DNA from: an uncultured Gammaproteobacteria bacterium
GTDB lineage: Bacteria > Patescibacteriota > Patescibacteriia > UBA9934 > CAZDDW01
DNA: 64,000 nt
Direction: 5' to 3'
NCBI GenBank assembly: GCA_965231015.1
Contig: OZ246408.1
Location: 921,908 to 985,907 of the forward strand
Numbering within the stretch: position 1 is the stretch's first letter; each line of letters starts with the position of its first letter. A program made the position numbers and the translations under genes. The notes below the pieces were generated by a model that saw only the letters and a program-made list of their open reading frames with translations, had not been told where the DNA came from and searched no databases. Below, one piece after another: positions 20,105 to 29,392 of this stretch.

Positions 20105-22420
20105 ATGTACTTAGAAAGACTGGAAGTTCAGGGATTTAAGACGTTTGCGCAGAAAACCGTCCTCAAATTCCCCAAACCCGGGAAAAACCGCCATTCAGTT
20201 ACCTCTATTGTAGGACCGAACGGCAGTGGAAAATCAAACCTGTCTGATGCCATCCGTTGGGCTCTGGGAGAACAGAGTCTAAAAATTTTACGTGGAAAAA
20301 AGAGTGAGGACGTGATTTTCTCGGGCTCGATCGGTCGAACGCGGGCAGGCTTTGCTGAGGTTAGTCTTACCTTTAATAACGAGGACGGGGCCATGCCAAT
20401 TGACTTTAAAGAAGTCACCATCACCCGCAAATTACATCGAGACGGAACCTCGGCCTACCTCCTCAACGGTCAAGGTACCCGACTTTCTGATATTCATTTG
20501 CTTTTAGCTCAAGCTAACGTGGGACAACGTTCTTATTCCGTGGTCGGTCAAGGAATGGTGGACCACATTTTGGTGGCTACCCCAGAAGAACGTAAGGCCT
20601 TTTTTGATGATGCTACTGGAGTTCGCCAATTCCAGCTAAAGCGCCACGAAGCCATGCTGAAACTCAAACGCACGTATGAGAACCTAACCGAGGTCGAACT
20701 GGTCTTAAACGAGATTTCTCCGCGGTTGCGATCCCTGAAACGTCAAGTTAAACGCCTGGAAAAACGTGAGCAGATTGAAGCTGAACTGACCGCTCTCCAA
20801 CACAACTACTACTCCACTCTTTGGTCTGATCTGCAGACCCAGCTCAAAACAACGCGAGAAAAATTTAACCAAATTGATGCCAAATATCGAGCCGCGGAAA
20901 ACAAGCTCAAGTCCTATGAACGTAAGAGTGCAGAAATGGAAGAACAAGAAGGCTTAGAAGGCACAGAGGACCAAGAAGGCTCGGAAGGTTTGGCAAGACT
21001 GCAAAACGAATACCGACGATTACAGGCCGAGCGATCCAAAATACGGGATCAGGAATTTGAAATCCAAAAGAAGATCGAGCTCAAAAAAGTTCAAGCCGAA
21101 GCCAGATGGACACCACTTCCTCTCCCGGACATCATCAAAGAACTGGAATCAATCACTACCAAACTTGAGTCCCTGAAATCCCTGAAATCCCTTGATTCCC
21201 TTGAATCTTCAGCATCCTCTTTACATGATCGATCTAAAAAACTTCTTGGTCGCTTAAAAAAACCAGCTCCGGAAACTATTAAGCCGGACCCTGGCTTGAT
21301 GTTGAGCCTGAAAGAAGCAGAGCAAAAACGCAATGACCTGGAAAGCGAGTTAAAACGACTCGACAAGGCGATTGAATCATACGCTGAAACCGAAAAGAAA
21401 CAGCGTTCAGAGTTATTCGAGCTCGGTCGGCAAATGCGAACTAAGCAAAACGAACTTAATACACTTGGCAATGAACGAAATACTCTACAGATTGAGCTGG
21501 CCCGACTTGAAGAACGCGAAGCAAACTTAAACCGTGAAATGCAGATTGAGATGAGGGAACGAGCCAGCAAAGTCAAGGCCGGGGAAAAATATGAGAAAGT
21601 TGATACTAATAATGTCTTTAGTGAACTGACCAAGCTCAAACAAAAACTTGATCTCATTGGTGGGATTGATCCGGAAACCATTCAAGAATACGAGGAGATC
21701 AAAGACAGGCATGATTTTCTGGATACACAGGTAAAAGATTTAAAAGATGCTATCAAGGCAACTGAAAAAATTATTGATGAGCTGGATGAGAAAATCAAAA
21801 AGCAATCTGAGCAAGCTTTCAAAAACATCAACCGTGAATTTCAACGTTATTTCAAACTGCTCTTTGGTGGCGGATCTTGTTCGCTCGTCAAGCTAACCCG
21901 AGATGATTTAGAAGTTGAGAAAACCAAGGAAGCAGTGGAAGCCACCGAAGGAGTTAGCATGGATCGAGCGGCTCATGAAACCGCTGAAGAAGCTCGCAAA
22001 GAAGAGGAAGATGATATTGAGCGAGTTAAAGATAGACTCAAAGGAAAGCGAGATGCCATTATTGGTGTTGATATTCACGCCACTCCACCTGGAAAAAAGA
22101 TAAAAGCACTTAACCTACTTTCCGGTGGTGAACGCTCGCTTACTTCAATCGCTCTCCTGGCCTCAATCATGGCCATTAATCCTTCCCCGTTTATTGTTTT
22201 GGACGAGGTTGATGCCGCTTTGGATGAATCCAACACGTTACGCTTTGCTACGATCCTCGAAGACTTGGCTCAGCACACACAATTTATTGTTATCACTCAT
22301 AATCGCGCGACCATGGAAAAGTCAGATGTCTTGTACGGTGTGACCATGGGAGACGGTGGAGTCAGTCACTTGTTGAGTGTTAGTCTAGAAGAACTCCCCG
22401 AAACCACAGCACGACACTAA
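20105..22420 (+). CDS. smc: SMC-family chromosome segregation ATPase, short form
   Basis: GFKTF, GPNGSGKSN, EDVIFSG, LSGGE, LDEVDAALD, ITH; only 771 aa. Confidence 0.9.
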   Translation: MYLERLEVQGFKTFAQKTVLKFPKPGKNRHSVTSIVGPNGSGKSNLSDAIRWALGEQSLKILRGKKSEDVIFSGSIGRTRAGFAEVSLTFNNEDGAMPIDFKEVTITRKLHRDGTSAYLLNGQGTRLSDIHLLLAQANVGQRSYSVVGQGMVDHILVATPEERKAFFDDATGVRQFQLKRHEAMLKLKRTYENLTEVELVLNEISPRLRSLKRQVKRLEKREQIEAELTALQHNYYSTLWSDLQTQLKTTREKFNQIDAKYRAAENKLKSYERKSAEMEEQEGLEGTEDQEGSEGLARLQNEYRRLQAERSKIRDQEFEIQKKIELKKVQAEARWTPLPLPDIIKELESITTKLESLKSLKSLDSLESSASSLHDRSKKLLGRLKKPAPETIKPDPGLMLSLKEAEQKRNDLESELKRLDKAIESYAETEKKQRSELFELGRQMRTKQNELNTLGNERNTLQIELARLEEREANLNREMQIEMRERASKVKAGEKYEKVDTNNVFSELTKLKQKLDLIGGIDPETIQEYEEIKDRHDFLDTQVKDLKDAIKATEKIIDELDEKIKKQSEQAFKNINREFQRYFKLLFGGGSCSLVKLTRDDLEVEKTKEAVEATEGVSMDRAAHETAEEARKEEEDDIERVKDRLKGKRDAIIGVDIHATPPGKKIKALNLLSGGERSLTSIALLASIMAINPSPFIVLDEVDAALDESNTLRFATILEDLAQHTQFIVITHNRATMEKSDVLYGVTMGDGGVSHLLSVSLEELPETTARH

Positions 22421-22424
22421 ACAC

Positions 22425-22456
22425 AAAACAGCCCCGAAATAAATCGGGGCTGTTTT
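22425..22456. terminator. Bidirectional terminator
   Basis: AAAACAGCCCCGA/TCGGGGCTGTTTT between convergent ORFs. Confidence 0.75.
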
Positions 22457-22466
22457 AAATTTCTAT

Positions 22467-22658
22467 TTAGGCAGCGGGAGCCTCCATTTTTTCGGTTGGC
22501 TCTTCATCAGCTTCTGAAGCTTCCTCTTGAGAATCTTCAGTTGAAGCCTCCATTTTTTCGGTTGGCTCTTCGGTTTCGTCATCCTTAACGTAACCGGCTT
22601 CTTTGATTTCTTGATCCATTTCGGTCATAGCCCCTGGACCAAATTCATCAAATGACAT
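22467..22658 (-). CDS. Small acidic protein with duplicated EEPTEKMEA
   Basis: 63-aa ORF with TTGACA and TGcTATGAT upstream and an internal direct repeat. Confidence 0.6.
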   Translation of the reverse strand: MSFDEFGPGAMTEMDQEIKEAGYVKDDETEEPTEKMEASTEDSQEEASEADEEPTEKMEAPAA

Positions 22659-22754
22659 AATGTAATTTTTAATTAATTACGAGGCTTATCATAGCATAAA
22701 ATTAACCTTTTGTCAAGGCATAGACGCCAATATTACTCTAAAATAAGCCTACTC

Positions 22755-22783
22755 TTGACTTAATCGAATATTTGATTTATACT
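22755..22783 (+). promoter_or_regulatory. Sigma70 promoter of rpsP
   Basis: TTGACT-17 nt-TATACT. Confidence 0.75.
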
Positions 22784-22818
22784 GCCGCCACATGCTCAAG
22801 TCAACTATTATTTAAATT

Positions 22819-23313
22819 ATGTTATCAATTCGATTAAGCCGTACTGGCAAAAAGAAGCAACCGCATTATCGAATCATTGTGATCGATAAGAAGCGAGATC
22901 CATGGGGTAAGTCCCTGGAAATCCTTGGCTCACGAAACCCTCGAAGCAAAGAAATGACTTTGAAAGAGGATCGAGTCAAGTATTGGCTCGAAAAAGGTGC
23001 CCAGCCATCCAAAAGTGTTTGGAACCTATTAGTAGAAGCTAAGATCGTTAAAGGAGATAAGCGCGGTGTAACCCACATCTCGAAGAAACGACAAGCTAAG
23101 ACTGCTGAGGCTGAAGCCGAGAAGGCTGAGAAGGTCAAGGAAGCTGAGGCTGCAGCTGCTCCTACCGAAGAAGCTCCAGATGCCCCACCAACAGAAGACG
23201 TGGCGGGGTCCCGCCAAGCTGACGATGGCGGGAAAGACAAGCCAGCTGAGGAAGAAAAAAAAGAAGAGGCTCTTACAGAGGAACCTAAGGAAGAAGAAGC
23301 CAAGGCAGAGTAA
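22819..23313 (+). CDS. rpsP: 30S ribosomal protein S16 with long charged C-terminal tail
   Basis: MLSIRLSRTGKKKQPHYRIIV, YWLEKGAQPS. Confidence 0.95.
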   Translation: MLSIRLSRTGKKKQPHYRIIVIDKKRDPWGKSLEILGSRNPRSKEMTLKEDRVKYWLEKGAQPSKSVWNLLVEAKIVKGDKRGVTHISKKRQAKTAEAEAEKAEKVKEAEAAAAPTEEAPDAPPTEDVAGSRQADDGGKDKPAEEEKKEEALTEEPKEEEAKAE

Positions 23314-23325
23314 GATAAAAAATAC

Positions 23326-23360
23326 GGACGAGGTCTCGAACAGACCTCGTCCTTTGTTTT
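23326..23360. terminator. Terminator between rpsP and the convergent orphan
   Basis: GGACGAGGTCT/AGACCTCGTCC stem plus T-run. Confidence 0.7.
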
Positions 23361-23372
23361 TGATTCTTATGT

Positions 23373-24425
23373 TCAGAGCTGAGTCTCCTCGCTCGTTAAT
23401 GCCCGAATCACGAGCGTACTTCCTTCAGTCCAGAACTCGTAAGCGTACGAGCCGACCGGAAGCGCTACCGAAACCCGAGCTTCATTCATAGAACTGGTTG
23501 ATCCCAGACTTACCTGGCGGATCAAAGTGATATCCCGAGTAGAGTAATCCTGTTTCAGACTACCCGAGAGCGAAGCTCCTCGGGTGAATACCACTGTGAG
23601 CTTGGGAATGGATTTTGTAAGCGAAACTTCGCTTTCCGACATCACCGGCCGCATCCGCCCAGCGTCGTCTTTCATGATTGCCTTTAAGACCGTGCCACCG
23701 CTTCCGGAGTGCCGCAATTCGAACTGCCCGCCCCAGAAACTGGTGCCGTCTTGCTGGTGATGGATCTCGAGCTCCTCGAGCGTAGTGACGATCCGCAATT
23801 CGTTACCGATTGCGGTCACGGAGGTGATTTCGTAAGGGTCGAAGGTGTTGAAACGAGTGTTGTCACTCTCTCGCTTCACACTCATACTTCCGCTTTCACA
23901 CACCCAACCATCCATAGGAGCCTGGTTCCGCCGGGGATCAAAACCAAGATCGGTCTTGATGGTGACCACGTCTGCATCCTCACCCCAGGGAAAACTGACT
24001 CGCAACATCGGGGAACGGTATGGCTCAGCAAAGTACCACTTGTAGAGCGCTCCGCCAAAATCACTGATTCGCTCCACGGTGATTCTGGAAAATTGGTCAG
24101 TATCCGGTTCGATCATCTTCTTCGGACCATCCGGTCCTTTGACAAACGGGAGTTTGACTTCAACGTAATTGCCGACCCAGGTGCCACGAGCACAAACTTC
24201 ATCCGGATAGGCCACAGGTCCAGAAAACTTCATCTCAACCTGGAAACCATCATCCCGAGTCAGTGAGTACCTCAGCTCCTGAACGCTAGGACGACTGTTC
24301 GTCCACTCACTTTCCTTGTCCCCAGCCCATTCCCAGGCCGGGTCGTAACCGGGCTCGTTCGGATCCTCCTGCGCTGTGGCAGTAAGGCTCACAAAATACA
24401 CGAGAATGAGTATCAATATACGCAT
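23373..24425 (-). CDS. GC-rich secreted orphan protein
   Basis: GGAGG SD, signal peptide MRILILILVYFVSLTATA. Confidence 0.75.
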   Translation of the reverse strand: MRILILILVYFVSLTATAQEDPNEPGYDPAWEWAGDKESEWTNSRPSVQELRYSLTRDDGFQVEMKFSGPVAYPDEVCARGTWVGNYVEVKLPFVKGPDGPKKMIEPDTDQFSRITVERISDFGGALYKWYFAEPYRSPMLRVSFPWGEDADVVTIKTDLGFDPRRNQAPMDGWVCESGSMSVKRESDNTRFNTFDPYEITSVTAIGNELRIVTTLEELEIHHQQDGTSFWGGQFELRHSGSGGTVLKAIMKDDAGRMRPVMSESEVSLTKSIPKLTVVFTRGASLSGSLKQDYSTRDITLIRQVSLGSTSSMNEARVSVALPVGSYAYEFWTEGSTLVIRALTSEETQL

Positions 24426-24614
24426 CTTGCCCTCCAATGCAAGTCTTGTTTATAGCGTGAAATATCGTTTTTGTCAAAACAAGACCAACACATTGACAAA
24501 GCCAAAAAAAACTGATAGCATTACACCAACGTCACTTGTCAGCTTGACTCGGTCGACTTGCCTACCATGTGACGAAAGTAATGACTGTTAATTCTAGTGC
24601 GACAGACTGACTGT

Positions 24615-24932
24615 ATGGAAAAAGACCAAGAGTTTGTCGAGTATATCGTCCGAGGGATCGTTAACAATCCTGACGACGTCCGCACAGAGCGAACGGTTGA
24701 TGAACGTGGAGTACTCATTACTCTTCACATCAACCCGGATGACATGGGATATGTGATTGGCCGTCAAGGTCAAACCGCCCGAGCCGTCCGAACACTGCTC
24801 AAGATCGTTGGGGCCAAGAATGACGCTCGCGTCAACCTCAAGATCCATGAGCCGGAAGGTTCCAACCGGGGCCGACGCTCTGAAACAACGGAAGAAGTTG
24901 ACACATCTGCTGTCGACGAACTCGGCATTTAA
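24615..24932 (+). CDS. khpA: KH-domain RNA-binding protein KhpA
   Basis: DMGYVIGRQGQTARAVRTLL; rpsP-khpA-trmD synteny; TTGACA-17-TAGCAT at 24493-24521. Confidence 0.9.
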   Translation: MEKDQEFVEYIVRGIVNNPDDVRTERTVDERGVLITLHINPDDMGYVIGRQGQTARAVRTLLKIVGAKNDARVNLKIHEPEGSNRGRRSETTEEVDTSAVDELGI

Positions 24933-25017
24933 TCCCGTTCGACGGGACTAACAATAGTTCAAAAAAAACGAAAACCGTGGTAAAGTATAACCACGGTTTT
25001 CGTAATTTTAAACTTAT

Positions 25018-25188
25018 ATGACTGACAACAACGAAAAAAAAATCCAAGCCATTGATGCCGCTTACAAAGAATTCAGTGCCACTTTAAACGAAATTCAACG
25101 TGAACGTTGGAATGATTTTTTGGAGCTCATGAAAAATATAGACGAAGCCGAGGCGGAAATGGTTCGAAAGCAAATCTTAAACAGTTAA
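25018..25188 (+). CDS. Small helical hypothetical protein (56 aa, below ORF-track cutoff)
   Basis: Hand translation MTDNNEKKIQAIDAAYKEFSATLNEIQRERWNDFLELMKNIDEAEAEMVRKQILNS; stops 4 nt before the next ATG. Confidence 0.6.
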   Translation: MTDNNEKKIQAIDAAYKEFSATLNEIQRERWNDFLELMKNIDEAEAEMVRKQILNS

Positions 25189-25192
25189 ACAT

Positions 25193-27574
25193 ATGGCTAA
25201 AAAACAATCATGGTCAAAACTTGCTGATAGTTTTGAATTTGATCCAGAGCAAGACACAACAGAAGAAGAACAAAAGCAATTTGTGGAAACTTCCCGGCAG
25301 GAAGAACTGGCCAAGGCGGCCAAGTCTCCTTCTCTCGACAAATACATGAACGTGAGGTTCACCACGAAAATATTGGCTCGACTTGGTTTTAAAGGAGCTG
25401 TTGAAAAGGTTCAATTGTATCACGAATCCAAAAACGAACGCATTGAAAAAGAAAAAGCTACCCGTGAAGCGGCCAAGGCAACCAAGGGGGCTGCGGAAAG
25501 CCAAACTCGCGAAGCTGTTTCGAATGAACAAGGATTAAATTCGTACGCCGAATCCACCTTAAAAAACCGAGGGGTGGTCAACGCCTCGGAAGGACAGGCT
25601 TGGATGGCAAAATACATTAAAGCCGGACAAGAAGCAGTGAAAAAACTTGAAGCCAATGAAGCGGAATTTAAAGCACAAATTGAAGCCCAAGGTTTAGCTA
25701 TGGAACGAATGGTTAGCATGAAAAAACAGGCTGAACAAGAACAAGCTCGCCAGGCTGAAGTGGCTGAGCACAAAGCCGAAGAAGAAGAGGTTGCACAAAT
25801 TGAGCCACGCTTTTTACAAAGCATGGAAGGGCCAATTGAAGAAACAAATAACGTGCTCCAACAAAGCATGGTTGAAGGTGATCAGGGATACGACCCTGAG
25901 CTTGAAAGTACCACAAAAAGTGATATCACTGAATTAACTGACGGTATTGAAGATTTTGTTGATAGCAAGGCCGGATCAAAACTCGAATCTGAAAATCCTG
26001 AATTGGTTGCCGCCATGGAACTGGCCAACAAAGAAACTATTGGGTTATTAAAAGATATTGATGAAGTGGTTGATCAAAGCTCTGATCTACAGGCTCAACT
26101 TGATACTAAAGAGGTGACCAAGGAAACCATAACTGAAATGAGTGCCGCGATTTCAACCGTTAGTAGCCTTGAAGGACGTATTGCAAAAATAAGTCGTCTG
26201 CTTGATGCCCCGGAAGGGATCATTGACCAACTAAACTCTATCAAGCGGCCGGGAAAAGATATCAAAAATCTAAAGGCAAGTCTTGAAAACGCTTCAGCCA
26301 GACTGGTAAAATTAGAAGAGGTAAAAAATCTGAAAGACGAATTGAAAAAGAAGCTCCCTGAAGCAGTGACCATGGTTGCCAGCAAAATCGATGTAGCCAA
26401 GTTACCTGAACAAAAACCAGAACAACGCTTAGCCTATCAAGTTAGAGAAACCTTAAATGAGGCTGAACAAAAACTTGGTAAGAACCGAGAAATAATGAAT
26501 GACCTCTCAAAACAAGGCGGTGATCTTCTTGAAAGCGAAGAGAAAGGTCGTATAATTTCCGTTGTTCCAATTGCCATGAATCGCATCCGTGAACTCTCGT
26601 CATCCGGAACACGGGTCAGTTTCATGATCGAATCAGCTAACGAGCAAATCGGTAACCTGGAAAAAAAACTACAAGCCAATAAACTTGATAAAACTACCGT
26701 GGTTGAAATGGGTAATATTATCAGTTCTATTGAAATTGTAGAGCAATCAATTAAAAACTTAAAAGAAGAACTTAACCGCGAACTCAGTGCCTCAGATTTA
26801 CTAAGCCATATCATAAAACCGGACGAGCTAACCGCACAATATCAAGAAACTTTAAAGCAAGCCAAGGAAGCTAACGGCCAAACCAATGAATTCGATGAAC
26901 TAAAGGCCAAACTAACGGAACAGCTTGGACAAACCGTGGGCCTGCTAGCTGAACAGGCCGGGCAGGATAAAGAAAAAATGATTTGGGATAACAAGGTGCT
27001 TAATTGGGAAGCAGAAGCGGCTAAGCCAGCAAAGACTGAGGTTTACATTGATGAAGACGAGTTTGAAGGAGAAAAATTTGACGAAGCCTTAATGAAAGAA
27101 ATTGACGCTGAACTGAAAAGAGAGATAGCTATTGAACAATTGCTAGCTGAACGTCGTGGAACCGAATACGGAGAGCAACCTGAAATTGATGAGACTGAAC
27201 TTGAAGCTATGGAAAAATTATCTGAACAAAAGTATGAATTCGGTGACCGGGTTTTCATAGAAACATTTGGTTTAAAGCTGGGAGGAGAAGTAAAAGCTTA
27301 CACTAATAACGGGAAGGTCGAAGTTCGTTTTGATGATGGCCAGCGCCAGGTTTTCAACGAAGATCAGCTCCAAAAAGAACCGGTCAGTGAAAAACAAAAG
27401 GCTGAAGAAAAACCGATTCGTTTATTAAGCAAAGAAGAGCAAGACGCCGGGGTCGAAGGAACCGATCTGGACGAACCATATCACGCTGCCGAGGACTCTG
27501 GAGACGTCCCTACCACTATCAAACGCCGAAAAAAAATTAAGCCAGAAGACATTGATAAACAGCTGACCGCTTAG
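25193..27574 (+). CDS. Large acidic coiled-coil protein with internal repeat and C-terminal KOW/SH3-like segment
   Basis: 793-aa ORF; YEFGDRVFIE...GEV...VEVRFDDG near the C-terminus. Confidence 0.8.
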   Translation: MAKKQSWSKLADSFEFDPEQDTTEEEQKQFVETSRQEELAKAAKSPSLDKYMNVRFTTKILARLGFKGAVEKVQLYHESKNERIEKEKATREAAKATKGAAESQTREAVSNEQGLNSYAESTLKNRGVVNASEGQAWMAKYIKAGQEAVKKLEANEAEFKAQIEAQGLAMERMVSMKKQAEQEQARQAEVAEHKAEEEEVAQIEPRFLQSMEGPIEETNNVLQQSMVEGDQGYDPELESTTKSDITELTDGIEDFVDSKAGSKLESENPELVAAMELANKETIGLLKDIDEVVDQSSDLQAQLDTKEVTKETITEMSAAISTVSSLEGRIAKISRLLDAPEGIIDQLNSIKRPGKDIKNLKASLENASARLVKLEEVKNLKDELKKKLPEAVTMVASKIDVAKLPEQKPEQRLAYQVRETLNEAEQKLGKNREIMNDLSKQGGDLLESEEKGRIISVVPIAMNRIRELSSSGTRVSFMIESANEQIGNLEKKLQANKLDKTTVVEMGNIISSIEIVEQSIKNLKEELNRELSASDLLSHIIKPDELTAQYQETLKQAKEANGQTNEFDELKAKLTEQLGQTVGLLAEQAGQDKEKMIWDNKVLNWEAEAAKPAKTEVYIDEDEFEGEKFDEALMKEIDAELKREIAIEQLLAERRGTEYGEQPEIDETELEAMEKLSEQKYEFGDRVFIETFGLKLGGEVKAYTNNGKVEVRFDDGQRQVFNEDQLQKEPVSEKQKAEEKPIRLLSKEEQDAGVEGTDLDEPYHAAEDSGDVPTTIKRRKKIKPEDIDKQLTA

Positions 27575-27577
27575 TTT

Positions 27578-28231
27578 ATGACCAAACGATTTGATATCAT
27601 CACCATCTTCCCTGAAGTTTGTGAGCCATACTTGCAAGCGAGTATTCTTGGTCGGGCCCAAAAAAACAAGCTGATCGATTTACGAGCTCACAATTTGCGA
27701 GACTTCACGAACGACAAACACAAAACTGTAGACGATACTCCGTATGGTGGTGGTCCTGGTATGGTTATGAAGGTAGAGCCGTTTGATAAGGCGCTAAAGA
27801 AGATAAAGACTAGCCGAAAAAAGATTCGGATTGTCATGACTTCGGCAGCGGGAAAACGATTTAGCCAAAAAGACGCCAAGCGTTTGACCAAGTACGATCA
27901 GGTCATCTTTTTGTGCGGACGTTACGAAGGAGTGGATCAGCGTGTAGAAAAGAAACTGGCTGATGAAGCGCTTTCGATTGGAGATTATGTTTTAACTGGC
28001 GGCGAGTTACCTGCTCTTGTTATGACCGACGCTATTGCACGCCAAATCCCGGGGGTACTTGGCAAGAGTGCCTCACTTGAGGTAGAATCGCACGAACAAG
28101 AAGGATTGCTCGAATACCCACAATACACAAAACCAGAAGAGTATAACGGCTGGAAAGTCCCGCCAGTACTTTTAGGAGGAGATCATAAAGAAATAAATGA
28201 ATGGAGGAAGAAACAGCAGAAAAAAATATGA
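27578..28231 (+). CDS. trmD: tRNA (guanine37-N1)-methyltransferase
   Basis: DDTPYGGGPGMVM, CGRYEGVDQR, SIGDYVLTGGE, EYPQYTKP. Confidence 0.98.
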   Translation: MTKRFDIITIFPEVCEPYLQASILGRAQKNKLIDLRAHNLRDFTNDKHKTVDDTPYGGGPGMVMKVEPFDKALKKIKTSRKKIRIVMTSAAGKRFSQKDAKRLTKYDQVIFLCGRYEGVDQRVEKKLADEALSIGDYVLTGGELPALVMTDAIARQIPGVLGKSASLEVESHEQEGLLEYPQYTKPEEYNGWKVPPVLLGGDHKEINEWRKKQQKKI

Positions 28232-29337
28232 TCGCAACCGGTTTTTTCAGAAAGTCTTACGCTCACATCTTAAAACCAATTCTCTTCAAATTTGATCCGG
28301 AAAAGATCCATGACCTTTTTGTGATGATGGGAGAATGGTTTGGGCGTCATAGATTTAGCCGAAACATGACGGCTAAATTTTTTAAGTATTCCCACCCCAT
28401 GCTCAACCAGAACATTTACGGCATCAACTTCCCTAATCCGGTTGGCCTGGCAGGAGGTTTCGACAAAGATGCCCGATTAACTCAGATTCTACCATCAGTA
28501 GGTTTTGGTTATGAAGAAGTTGGTTCGATTACCGGTGAACCATGTGCTGGGAACAGTGGCAAAAGATTGTGGCGCTTGCAAGAATCAAAATCGATTCGAG
28601 TTCATTACGGACTCAAAAACGAGGGCTGCGAAAAGATTGCTCTTCGACTTTCTACACAGCGTTTTCAATTCCCCATCGGCATTAATATTGCTAAAACAAA
28701 TTGCGCTGAAACATCCGATGATGAAGCCGGGATTAAAGACTACGCCAAGGCCTTTGAGGTGTGTACCAACCTGGGTGACTATTTCACGGTCAACATCAGT
28801 TGCCCTAACGCCTTTGGTGGTCAACCGTTTACTGATCCGGACAAGCTCGACGCATTAATGACCCGACTCGACAAGATTAACACTGAAAAACCTGTCTTTC
28901 TAAAACTCTCGGCTGACCTAACCCATGAACAGATTGATGAAATCGTGAAAATCTGTGAGAAACATCGAATTCATGGTTTCGTGGTTTCTAATTTAACGAA
29001 ATTAGAAGGTAATGATTCAATCAAACAAGATGAAATCGAGGAAGGTTCGCAAGGTGGATTTAGTGGTAAACCAACAGCTGAATTATCAAATCGAATAATC
29101 GCTCACATTTATAAAAACTGGGGTGATAAATACGTCATCATTGGTTGCGGCGGTATCTTTTCGGCCATTGACGCGTACGAAAAAATCCGTCAGGGCGCCA
29201 CGCTTGTTCAACTCATCACCAGTATGATCTTCGAAGGTCCTCAACTGATTGGCGAGATCAACCAGGACCTGGTCGAGCTATTAAAACGCGACGGCTACAG
29301 CTCGATTTCCGAGGCGATCGGCGCGGCGCATCGATAA
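28228..29337 (+). CDS. pyrD: Quinone-dependent (class 2) dihydroorotate dehydrogenase
   Basis: DPEKIH, NPVGLAGGFDK, NISCPN, GGFSGKP, IIGCGGIFS, GATLVQL. Confidence 0.92.
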   Translation: MIATGFFRKSYAHILKPILFKFDPEKIHDLFVMMGEWFGRHRFSRNMTAKFFKYSHPMLNQNIYGINFPNPVGLAGGFDKDARLTQILPSVGFGYEEVGSITGEPCAGNSGKRLWRLQESKSIRVHYGLKNEGCEKIALRLSTQRFQFPIGINIAKTNCAETSDDEAGIKDYAKAFEVCTNLGDYFTVNISCPNAFGGQPFTDPDKLDALMTRLDKINTEKPVFLKLSADLTHEQIDEIVKICEKHRIHGFVVSNLTKLEGNDSIKQDEIEEGSQGGFSGKPTAELSNRIIAHIYKNWGDKYVIIGCGGIFSAIDAYEKIRQGATLVQLITSMIFEGPQLIGEINQDLVELLKRDGYSSISEAIGAAHR

Positions 29338-29392
29338 CGCAATTATTCAAAGCCAATTTATTGGCGTGCGCTCTTATGAGCATGCGCGATAT

